A stretch of DNA of 64,000 nt from the human T2T-CHM13v2.0 reference genome, Homo sapiens. The position numbers were made by a program, and so were the translations under genes. Position 1 is the stretch's first letter. Each line of letters opens with the position of its first letter. The notes under the pieces are model-generated. The model saw only the letters and a program-made list of their open reading frames with translations, ran no database searches and had not been told where the DNA came from. The DNA lies in NCBI RefSeq assembly GCF_009914755.1, contig NC_060929.1. One strand, written 5' to 3'. Below are positions 12,105-31,415 of the stretch, piece by piece.

Positions 12105-12245
12105 AGAGTTAGGGGCACAGACTCCAGAGCTCGAAAGTGTTTGTATCTGGAATGCCAGTCACTAGCTTGGTGACCTCGAGCAACTCACTTAAACTAACTT
12201 TACCCCAGGTCCTCACCTGTAAAGTGGAGATAATAATAGCTGTAT
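12105..12245 (+). mobile_element. MIR SINE remnant
   Basis: gtgacctcgagcaactcacttaa ... cctcacctgtaaagtggagataataata. Confidence 0.75.
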
Positions 12246-13213
12246 TCTTCATTTATGCTTTATAAAACCGATGATTGAAATTTAGTGGTCACATTTATGG
12301 ACTTATTTAAATCCTACCTTATTTCAACATAGGATCATGAAACAACAGATTAAAGACAAATAAATGATGACACTGAGCTGCAGGAAATACAAGGCAAAGA
12401 GAAAATGGCGAGGCCTTCAGCAGTCAAAGCCCTCCAGGCATGAAACCATTACTCCCAGGGAGCTGCAGAATTTTTGTGCTTTCTTGCTTCCGCAGTGAAA
12501 AATTTGTACATTTCTAATGCAATCAAACATAGACTGAGAGCTTTTTGCTGTCCTGAATTTTGTCTAATGTCTTGAAGCTGAGAATAGTGGGGTAATAAGT
12601 TAGCCCACATTCTAAAGGGAAGCACTGGATACTTTCCTACCAAATTGCCCAGCGATGGCCAACTTGATTCTCATGAACACCATCCCCAATAACCACCTAA
12701 GAGAAGACCAAGGCTTCAGTGGAAGAAATTCATTTAAAGAGGTAGAAAGTTGACATTGTTTCTTTCGTCTTCCAATGTTCGTGTCCTCCCAGCCTCCCCA
12801 AGCCAAAAGATGGACATGGGGGTAGGAGGGAGGAGGAGAGTGGCTTGCAAAAAGGAAGGGTAGCATCTCATCCTGGCTGGATGCCTGCTGAGCCATGGGT
12901 TATTCCAAGTCCAACCTGTTCAAACGGTGCTATTCAAATGTAGCACAATAGCTGAACTGGTGTCCCCACTCCAAGTTTGGGGGGTGTAGACACTGGGATC
13001 TACCCTTTGCCTCCAGAAACTGAAGGTGGAAAGCTGGCTGTGGAGCTGTTACAATGGAGGTTCCAGGTAAGAGGGCTGCAGCGAAAGCTACCTTTTCTGC
13101 TATGCCTTGGGAAGGTGGGCAGCCAAGGAGCCTTGAAAGAGCCTGTGCAAGGGGCCTGTGTGGTGGGACCTCAGCGGGGAGGTGCTGAGAGAGCATTGAC
13201 GAGGCCTGCTGAG

Positions 13214-13223
13214 GTGACGTCAC
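13214..13223. promoter_or_regulatory. Full palindromic CRE (GTGACGTCAC)
   Basis: Exact TGACGTCA at 13215-13222 with a retained CpG, in a locally GC-richer non-repeat segment; a second TGACG half-site lies at 13197-13201. Confidence 0.35.
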
Positions 13224-14164
13224 TTGGCTCATGAGACTGCGTAGGTTTGTGATTCCTAGAGGGGTGTCTACAAAGAGTCACACAAGCACCTAAGGAGGTG
13301 GGAACCCTTGGTATGTCTCTCCTGACAGCCTTTGGTAGCCAAGATAATTCTTAAAAAGCACCAGCTGAATAAAATGTCTTGTATTAATGTTTTTCTATTT
13401 CTTCTTTCTCTTATCCCAGACCCTATATCCTGAAGGTGGATCCAATGAAAAAAGAGAAGCAGCAAGGTAAATTCTAGGAAAGACTAAACATTTTCCTCTC
13501 TTTGGTGTAGAGAAAAGTGAATGAAAAACAGGAGTTTTTTTAGATTTTATTAATGTTATGATATCTGATAATGAGACTGTTCTAATACCCGAAAGGAACC
13601 CAAAATCTTCGGAATCCATCCAAGGTATCTTTCATACACAGCACAGGGAGAACTGGCTAAGCCTATTTGCAAAAATTATTTGTTTCCAGGATTGTAGCCT
13701 GCAGAGTCCAGCCTATTCCATTAAACGGTGGTGTCAATTTGTCAGGTCCACCGGGTGCAAAGGACCTAGTTCCCCAGAAGGAAGCTTTTCTGTTCTGACC
13801 CCATGAGAGATTCTCCCATTTCATGCAGAGAGATGTGCAGTGTCCTTCTTCATAGCCCTACATCCTATCCAGCACTAGGAAGGAGTTACCAAGAAATCTC
13901 TGTGGCCACATTTGAATATTTTTGGTTGATTATGCATCAAGAACCAGTTAGTATTTTATAATATGTTTAGAGAAACCAAATCTTTCTTGGTCTTCATTTC
14001 TCCCATACACAACAAACACATACAAATTCCCATCTCTACAGAATCTTTTAAGTATTCCATTGTTTAAGTATTTACAATGGAGGTTGGGGCCTACAGTAGA
14101 TGCTTCATATTCTCTAATTATCACCACAAATCATGCTGAAAGGCTTAGAGAGATTATGTAACTT

Positions 14165-14400
14165 GTTGGCCATGTCTAACTGAAATTCTGTATCCTTTGA
14201 CCAACCTCTCCCCAGTCTCTCCCCACCCCCAGCTTCTGGTAACTACCATTCTACTTTCTGCTTCTATGAATTTGTTTTTTTAAGATTCCATTTATGAGGA
14301 TCATGTGGTGTTTTTCTTTCTATTCCTGGCTTATTTCACTCAACCTGTGTCCTCTTGGTTGTTCCACATTGTCGAAAATGTTAGGATTTTCTTGCTTTTT
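14165..14400 (-). mobile_element. L1MA/L1MB 3'UTR fragment
   Basis: ctaactgaaa..tgtatcctttgaccaac, ctggtaactaccattctact, ctggcttatttcact. Confidence 0.8.
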
Positions 14401-15009
14401 TACCTTACTATACTTTCACGTCATAATTTTCTTGTTCTTTTGTCCTACATTCCTTGCTAAATAAACTATACATTTTTATGGCAGCAGATTTCTTATTCAT
14501 ATTTGTATATCAAACAAAGCTAAAGAATAAATATTGAATTACCAAAGGGATGAATCATTACAAAGCAATAGTAGATTACAAGAATTTGCAAGGCATGGGG
14601 GAACTAACTTTTTGAAAGAGTTGACTTTGCACACATATAGACCAACCTATGTATTTTATGGAAAAAACTAAAGTGCTTGAAAATACATTTCTAGAAACCA
14701 CTGTAAAAGCACTGTAAACCACCAGAAAATCATTTCTGTACACTTTTATCTAGAGGAAGCTAGCCACCTCTATAAAATAAAGACTAATTGAATATTTTGT
14801 TGACACCATTTTAGAAGCCAGAAAAGAACAATTTTGTAGTTCTTTAAGGTTATATTTACCCTAAACATTTGAAAAATCCAAATATGAGCTGAAAGATCAG
14901 GCATAAAATCCCATCAGGCCTTTGCTGCCATATATAACATTTTTTTCCTACATAAAATCTATCCTGTACACCTCTACCTACTGAATGAAGCTTTCTGTTT
15001 CCAGAGTGT

Positions 15010-15492
15010 GGCTTTTGTGGTGAACAGGGTTTGTACTGATTTAACAGTGTAAGCAGGCAATCCTCCAGCCCTTATCCGTTTCCCCCCAGTCCCATCCCAT
15101 TGCCTGTTCTCCTCCACATCCTCAGTCTCTGCCTTGGAGGCAGCTTAGATGGCTCCTGACCTAGTTCAGCCAATGGCAGGAGATAAAAGGGTGGAAAGAA
15201 GAGAACAGGTGTGGTCTCAGCCTTGACTGCAGCACCAGATCCCACCAGAGAGGACTTGGTGGCCCCACTCCTGTCTCTGGACTCACAGTGTTGCCTCCTC
15301 CCTAGGTCAGCCAAGCCTAGCGGTGGGAGTGACTTCATGTGTTTGCCAATAGCTGGGTCTCCCCACAATGTCCTGTTGGCCTCTCAACTTCTTTCATTAT
15401 CAAGTTACCATTCTCCCAAATTAAATCCTCTTTTTTGTTGTTGTACATATTTAGAGTGGCTTCTGTTTCCCTGGCTGGACTCTGAGTAATAT
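15010..15492 (+). mobile_element. LTR33-like ERVL solo LTR
   Basis: ttcagccaatgg, cctagcggtgg, attaaatcctc, tagagtggcttctgtttccctggctggac 3' end. Confidence 0.65.
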
Positions 15493-15699
15493 AGCAGCAA
15501 TAATTTCCCAAGGGAAAGGAGGAAGACGGGTTGGCTCCAATGAAGACACTTATGATGTGAAGAGTTCCCGTAACAGTTCACCATCTCTGGGGCAGTTATA
15601 CAACAGGGATCCCTGACTTCTTCAGAACCGAGAGTTCAAATCAGGACTATCTGGTGATGAATCTATCCACTAGAAGCTGGTAAGTGGCTTACATGGACT

Positions 15700-15813
15700 A
15701 TATGAGGTCTCACTATGTTGCCAGGGCTGGACTCATACTCCTGGACTTGAGCAATCTTTTTTCCTCAGCTTCCTGGGTGGCTGGGACTACAGGTGTGAAC
15801 AACCACATCCAGA
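15700..15813 (-). mobile_element. Alu monomer (FLAM-like)
   Basis: ggtctcactatgttgcc ... gctgggactacaggtgtga; single arm only. Confidence 0.8.
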
Positions 15814-16319
15814 CTCTACAGTTTTCATATAATTGTCCATCTGTGATGCCACATACCACATCTCAATTTTACAGATGTTCAGAGAGGTTAGGTAACTTTT
15901 CCAAACTCATCCAGCTAACAAATAACATTGTAAATTACATCAACTGGAGGATGCTTGTTATTGATTACAAATTGCATTTATCAGTTGGTCAGATGACTAG
16001 TCAGCCACTGGATTATTCCAAGAAGATTCTATCAATCATAATAAGTTATTAGAAAGTTGTTCTTGGACGAATTTTGTTCTTTCTCCCAGATCTGAAAAAT
16101 AACAAGGCACGTATATAAAATACGGTAATTCCCAGTGCTAATTTATCAGCAATCTGGAACTTCCACAAGTTACTTTTAACAAGTTAATCACCTGTCTTAC
16201 AAGTATATATGATCTTAATAATAATAGCTGAGGTTTATACAGTGTTTAATAAATGCCTGGCATTCTTATAAGCATTTACATTAATTAATTCATTTAATTC
16301 TCAAAAGAACCCTCTTAAA

Positions 16320-17744
<1,425 letters not shown>

Positions 17745-17764
17745 TTTGTATAGTATCATTTTCC

Positions 17765-20700
17765 CCATTTTATTGTTTTGTTGTTATACATTTAGGGGAT
17801 ACAAGTGCAGTTTTGTTATACGGATATACTGTGTAGTGGCAAAGTCTGGGCTTTTAGTTGTACCCATTGCCCAAATAATGAACACCGTACTCAGTAGGCA
17901 GTTTTCAACCCTCACCTCTCTCCTACCTTCCCAACTTCAGAGCTCCAGTGTCTATTATTTTACTCTGTATGTCCATGTGTACCTATTGTTTAGTTCCCAC
18001 TTACAGAAGAAAACATGGCATTTGACTTCCCATTTCTGAGTGATTTTACTTAGAATAACGGCCTCTAGTTCCATGCATGATGCTGCAGAAACCATGATTT
18101 TGTTATTTTATGGCTGAATACTATTCCATATATATATAATGGAATATGAATTCAGACAAGATTTTTAATAATTCAGACAAAATTTATATATATATTTTCT
18201 TTACCAAATCTCTGTTGATGGACACTTAGGTTGATTCCAAGATTTTGCAATTGTGAATAGGGCTGTGATATACTCTTTTCCATAAAGATTGTACTAATAT
18301 ACATTCCCACCAATGGTGTACAGTTGTTCCCTTTTCTCTGCACACTCCCCAACATCTGTTGTCTTTAGACTTTATAATAATAGTCATTCTGACTGGTGGA
18401 AGGAGAAATCTCATTGTAGTTTTAATTTGCATTTCTCTGATGATTAGTAATGTTGAGCATTTTTTCTTATGTTTGTTAGCTGCTTGAATGTCTTCTTTTG
18501 AAAAATGTCTTTTCATGTCTTTTGCCTGCTTTTTAATAGGGTTTTTTTTTCTTGTTGAGTAGTTTGAGTTCCTTGTACATTCTGGATATTAGGGCTTTGT
18601 TGGATGAATAGTTTGTAAATATTTTCTCCAGTTCTGTAGGTTGTCTGTTTACTCTGTTGATTATTTCTTTTGCTTTGCAGAAGCTTTATTTTAACTAAGT
18701 CTCATTTGCCTATTTTTATATTTGTTGCACTTGCTTTTGAGGTCTTGGTCATAAATTACCTGCCTATGCCAATGTCCAGAAGAATTTTTCCTAGGTTTTC
18801 TTCTGGAATTTTTATAGTTTCGGGTATTACATTTAAGTATTTAATCCATCTTGAGTTAATTTTTGTATATAGTTAGAGATAGGGATCTAGTTTCATTCTT
18901 CTGCACATGGTTATCCAGTTTTCCCAACACTGTTTATTAAATAGGGTGTCCTTTGCACAAGGTATCCTTCAACTTAGTTGAATATCCGTTGGTTGAGGGT
19001 ATGTGGCTTTATTTCTGGGTTTGCTATTCTGTTCCACCGATTTATGTGTCTATTTTTATGCACAGTATCATGCTGTTTTGATTACTGTAGCCTTGTAGTA
19101 TAATTTATAGTCAGGTAATGTAATGCCTTCCATATTGTTCTTTTTGCTTAGGATTGCTTTGGCTATTCAGGCTCTTTTATGATTCCATATAAATTTTAGA
19201 ATTGTTTCTTCTAATTCTGTGAAAAATGACACTAGTAATTTGATAGAAATTGCATTGAATCTGTGGATGGCTTTGGATAATATGGTCATTTTAATGATAT
19301 TGATTCTTTCAATCCATGAGCATGGAATGATTTTCCATTTGTTTGTGTCATCCACTATTACTTTCATCAGTGTTTTGTAGTTCTTCTCATAGAGATCTTT
19401 CACCTACTTGGTTAAATGTATTTCTAGTGATTTTATTGTTTTGTAGCTATTGTAAATGGGATGAGCTTTTGTTTTGGTTCTGAGCATGATCTTTATTGAT
19501 GTATAAAAATACCATTGATTTTGTATCCTGAAACTTTACTGAAGTCATTTATAAAACTTAGGAGTCTGTTGGAGGAGTCTTTGGAGTTTTCTAGGTATAA
19601 GATTGTATCATGGAGCAAACAGTAACTCTTATTTCTTTCACTTGCTAGATTGCTCTAGTTAAAACTTCTAGTACTATGTTGAATAGGAGTGGTGAAAGCT
19701 AGCATTCTTATCTTGCTCCAGTTCTTGGGGGAATGCTTTCAGCTTTTCCCCATTTAATATGATATTGGCTGTGGATTTGTCATGTATACGTTTTATTAAT
19801 TTAAGGTATTTTCCTTTGATGTCTAGTTTGTTGAGGGTTTTATCATGAAGGGATAATGAATTTTATTGAATACTTTTCTGCATCTATTAAGAGGATCATA
19901 TGGTTTTAAATTTTAATTATTTTTATTTGCTGAATCATATTTATTGATTTCCATATGTTGACCCATCTTTGCATTCCTGGAATAAATACCACTCAATCAT
20001 GGTGTATCTTTTTGACGTGCTGTTGGATTTGGTTTGCTAGTATTTTTTTTTTTAAGGATTTTTGCAGCTGTATTTATCAGGGATGTTGGCCTATAGGTTT
20101 TGGTTGTTGTTGTTGTGTCCTTGTCTAGCTTTGGTATCAAGGTGACGCTGGCTTCACAGAGTGAATTAGGGAGGATTCCCTTCTCCTTGATTTTTTGGGA
20201 ATACTATCGGTAAGATTGGTACCAGTTCTTTGTACATCTAGTAAAATTTGGCTGTGAATCCATTTGGTCCTTTGCTCTTTTTATTGTTCTTGGGAGATCT
20301 TTTATTACTGATTTATTTTCACTACTCATTATTGGTCAGTTAAGGATTTGTGTTTCTTTCTTGTTTAATCTTGGGAAGTTGTATGTTGCTAAGAATTTAT
20401 GCATTTCCTTTAGGTTTTCTAGTTTGTGTGTGTAGATATGATCATAGTATTTTCTGATGATGATCTTTTGTATTTCTGTGGCATCGGCTATAATGTCATC
20501 TTTATCATTGCTGATGGTGCTTATTTGAATCTTTTCTTTTTTTCTTGGCTAATCTAGCTAGTAGCCTATTAATTTTGTTTATCTTTTCAAAGAAGTAACT
20601 TTTCATTTTCTTGATCCTTTTCTTTTGTATTAATATCATTTAGTTCTGCCCTGATCCTTGTTATTTCTTTGCTCCTGCTAGCTTTGGGTTTGATTTGCTC

Positions 20701-22994
20701 TTGTTTTTCTAGTTTCTTTAGGTGCAACATTAGATTGTTAACTTGTCATCTTTCTATCTTTTTAATGTAAGCATTTAGTGCTATACACTTCTTTTAGCAC
20801 TGCTTTTGCTGTATCTCAGAGATTTTGGTATATTTGGTCTCTATTTTTATTCATTTAAAAACACTTTTTACTTTCTGTCTTAATTTCATCATTGACCCAA
20901 TCATCATTCAGGAACAGGTTGTTTAATTTTCATTTATTGCTATAGTTTTGAGAGTTCCTTTTGGTATTGATTTTTAGTTTTATTTTAGTGTGGTCCAGGA
21001 AGATATTTGATATAATTTTCATTTTAAAAAAATGTATTTAGACTTACCTTGTGGTCTAGTGTATGGTCTGTTTTGGAGAAAGTTCCATGTGCAGATGAAA
21101 AGAATGTATATTCTGTGGTTTTTGTGTAGAATGTTCTGTAAAAATTTGTTAGGTCCATTTGGTCTAGAGTACAATTTAAATCTGGATTTTCTTTGTTGAT
21201 GTTTTGTCTCAATGATTTGTCTAGTGCTGCCAGTGGGATGTCGAAGTTTTTTCCTATTATTGTATTGCTGTCTATCTCTTTTTTTAGGTCTAGTAGTATT
21301 TGTTATATGAATCTGGGTGCTTTAGTGTTGGGTGCATTTATATTTAGGATTATTATGTCTTCTCATGGAATTGATTTCTTTATCATTACATAATTATCTT
21401 CTTTGTATTTTCCCACTGTTGTTGATTCAAAGACTGTTTTATCTGATAAAGCGTAGGTACCCCTGCTCACTTTTAGCTTCAATTTGCATGAAATTTCTTT
21501 TTCCACCCTTTTACTTTGAGTCTGTAAATGTCTTTACCCTTTAGGTGAGTTTCTTGCAGGCAGCATATGGTTGGATCCTGTTTTCTAAATCAATTCCACC
21601 AGTCCATATCTTTTAAATGGACCATTTAGTCCATTTACATTCAATATTTACATATTGATATATGAGGTTTTATTCCTGTCATAATGTTAATTGTTCCTTG
21701 GCTGCTCTGTGGTCTCAATTGTGTGATTGCTTCGTAAGATCAGTTTCATACTTTCATGTGCTTTTATGATGATGAGTATTGCCCTGTTGTTTCCATGTTT
21801 AGAACTCCTTTGAACATTCCTTGTAGGTCAAATTTAGTGGTGATTAATTTCCTTAGCATTTGCTTGTCTGGGAAAGATTTTATTTCCCCTTCATTTATGA
21901 TACTTAGTTTAGCAAGATATAAAATGCTTGGCTGGCAGTTTTTTTTTCTTTCAGAAGACTGAAAATAAGACTTCAATCTCTTCTGGCTTATAAGGTTTTT
22001 ACTAAGAAGTTGATTGTTAGTCTGATGGGATTTCTTTTACACATGATTAGACACTTTTTTCTTGCTGATTTAGGATTTATTTTTCCTTCATGTTGACTTT
22101 GAATAGTCTAGTGACTATTTGCCTTGGTGAGGTTTTTATGGCTAAGAGTCTTCCACAAGTTTTCTGCAGTTCTTTTATCTCACTGTCTAAATCTCTAGCA
22201 AGACTAGGGAATTTTTCCTGAATTTGTCCCTTAAATAGATTTTCCAAGCTCTTTACTTTTTCTTCTTCTCCCTCAGAAACTCAAAGGTTTGGTTGCTTTA
22301 AATAATTGCATATTACTCAAAGACTTTTATTGTTTTTTAAATTTTTTTCCTCATTTTTGTTTGACTGGGTTAATTTGAAAGAATTGTCATCAAGTTCTGA
22401 AATTCCTTCTTCAGAATGGTTTAGTTTATTGTTAAGCTTTCAACTGTATTTTGTAATTCTTCAGTGAATTTTTTATTTTCAGAAATTCTGCATGATCTTT
22501 TAAAAAGTATCTCTTACATACATTTTTTCATTCATATCTTTAATTGTTTTACTGAATTCTTTGTGTTGGTTTTCAAATTTCTCTGGGACCTCATTGAACT
22601 TACAATTCACATTTTAATTATTTACCTGTCATTTCAGAATTTTCATTTTGGTTTGGATCCATTGTTGAAGAACTAGTGTGATCTTTTGGAAGTGTTGAAA
22701 CACTGGGTTTTTTTCATATTCATGGTGTTCTTACACTGGTTCCTTCTTATCTGCAGAAGCTGACTTTTTTTATTTTTGAATTTACTTTTGTTCGAATTGG
22801 ACTTTAAAAATTTTTATCTTTCCTCCTTGAGAATGTGACTGTTAATGTATGTTGTGTAGGTCATTTGGCTTTGATTCTGGGTGTTTTCCAGGGACCAAGC
22901 TCTGTATGATTTCCTTGGGTTATAGATAGCCTTTGTGTGATGGCTTTCTCAAATGTTGGTTCAAGTAGCAATGTACTGGGCATGTAAGCAGGCT
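17765..22994 (-). mobile_element. Old L1 (L1PB-like) with degraded ORF2/ORF1, 5' end missing
   Basis: ORF remnants 18226-18516, 19167-19403, 21024-21212 (ORF2) and 21764-21976 (ORF1 C-terminus); L1PB-type 3'UTR. Confidence 0.9.
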
Positions 22995-27910
<4,916 letters not shown>

Positions 27911-28073
27911 TTCATGTTGGGTCTTTAACTGCCATTGTACTTGTCAGTTAGCACACAGTTTAGCAGAAATGCTGCTTTGCTGACTTGACTTGATAAAATT
28001 TGGTCAAGAGTCTTATTATTTGTCTTTTTGCTGTGGATTTTTAAGAAAGTTGTTATCTTCATGGTCTGATTTC

Positions 28074-28378
28074 TTTTTGAGACAGAGAGTCCCACTCTGT
28101 CCCCAAGGCTGGAGTACAGTGGCCTAATCATGGCTCACTGCAGTCTGGAACTCCTGGGCTCAAATAATCCTCCTACCTCAGCCTCCCAAGTATCAAGGCA
28201 TATGTCACTACACCTGGCTATGTCACCATGCCCAGCTAATTTTTTAATTTTTACTTTTTGTAGAGATTAGATTCCACCGTGTTGCCCACACTGGTCTTGA
28301 ACTCTTGAGCTCAAGCTATCCTCCCACTTTGGCCTGGTAAAGTGCTAGGATTATAGGCATGAGCCACCCTGCCTGGCC
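28074..28378 (-). mobile_element. AluJ
   Basis: Dimeric Alu with J diagnostics (ctcctgggctcaa); imperfect TSD catg(g/a)tctgattt. Confidence 0.92.
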
Positions 28379-30256
28379 CATGATCTGATTTTCAACAAGA
28401 TATAAGCTAATCCTAAGACGATACTTTCACTCTCTCTCTCTCTCGTTCTCTCCCTTTCTACTTCATCTAAGAACCATAGTGGCAGAGATATAATTGTTAG
28501 GCAGTAATTTTACTAAATTATATAATTCTCCATTTCACACTCTTAAAGTTCAAGTTTGGTGATAATTATTCCACTATATTACTAATATTTCCACATAAAT
28601 TTTTTTCCAGATACTTCAGATTATGACAAGGGTTGAAAGAGCCTCACCATATTGGCTGCTTAAGAACAAAAGAAGGTATTGATAAGGAGGTAATGAAGAG
28701 AGAAATACAGTCTAAAATATAATCTGTAGTTTGTTTGGTCAACTATAACAGAAAGAAATTGAGGCAGAGAGGTTATGGACCATCCTTTCTCATCCCCACC
28801 TCCACTCTGCACCCTGTGTAGACCAGGAGACTGAAGTGAAAGCTCTTGAGTTTGACTTCTTTCTCCCAACATATCCACCCTGGCTTATAAACACCACCTC
28901 ATGAGCTAACTAACTAACTTTCATCATTAGAAAGGTGAAATGAGGCAATCCCTCTAAGATCCATCACTGAATCAAGAGTTAAGTAAGAACCTCCACACTC
29001 TGCCTCATTTTGAGATTTTTGGCAAATAAGACTGATTTTATTTCTTTATATTGTTATTGTACATAAAGTAAAACAAGACAATATTTGGGCAGCACATGAG
29101 GCAGAAAACACAGATGAGGCAATGATTGATCTAGACAATTTGTAAAGACATCGCTATTATTTCAGATCAAACAGATGAGCAAGAACACATACCCATGGAG
29201 AGGTTAATTGATAGGATCAGTGAAAAGCTCTATGGGCATTGAGACACAATGAGATATTGAGATCATTACAAAGGCATTGCTGTGAACTCTTCTTTGGAAA
29301 ACATCCATCCCATTTATTAAAAGAGTTGAATTCATCTCCCTTTTTATGTGTTACAACAGAGAAAGATGACCTTGCAGATTGTCTAGAAGTATTATATCTG
29401 ACAGCACACATGGGAGACTCTTTATGGTTGGAAAAGCCACTGCAGATCTTTGTGTCTTAACATTTCTAACTCAAAATAACAAAACAGGGAAAATGATTTA
29501 GGTTCCTTGGGATGAAAAGACTCTCCAGTTGTGCAAGTATGAATATATAATTATAAAATTATACATGTGTACAGAAAGTATTATTTGTAATTGTGTTCAT
29601 ATTTATTTATTTTGATACCTACTGCTAACTTATCTAGGATTAAAGATGGGAAACTAACTGAACTGTACAATTTCTTCTGAATACATGAGACCTGTTGGTC
29701 ATTTTTAGATTAGAGACACAATGTTGGTAAGCAAAGAAGGCTTCCTGAAATCCAAACAGGACTGCTTCCTTTTAGAACAAGGCTAGTGCAGAATCACCTC
29801 CTTTTTATCCGCAGGCCAAGTCCTGCTTCCAGGTAGGTTTTCTTTATCCCAACTGATGATTACAGAAAGTTTGTACTAACATTTAAATATTAGGAGTATT
29901 CACGTAACAACTTGGATATTTATCTCCTCTTGGAAATCAGAGGATCTGACCACAGAGAGGTCTTAAATCCCCAGAGGGTCACCACTGGCTCAAAGCAAAC
30001 AGTGGTTCCCTTTCCTTTCAGTTTGCAGTAGGTACCAACCTGCCCACTATTCATGCACTCAACTGCCTGCTCCTGTAGGAATGCAAGTTTGTTACCTTTT
30101 GTCTAGGGATTGGATTTCAGCTTTACAAGTTCAAAAACTTTATTTAAATTCATAAAAGGTTTGGTCCAGCATAAAACATCTGTTTCGCAGTATCCAAAGA
30201 TTCCACCTGACAAACAAAATGCCCATTTGTTAACTTATCATTAGAAATGTTGACCA

Positions 30257-30574
<318 letters not shown>

Positions 30575-30657
30575 GGACTTATTGACCAAACCATTGTTAT
30601 CAAAAGTTCCATACATTCTCTCTCAAGTATATGACTCCCTAAGAAAATCAAGCTGAT

Positions 30658-31415
<758 letters not shown>

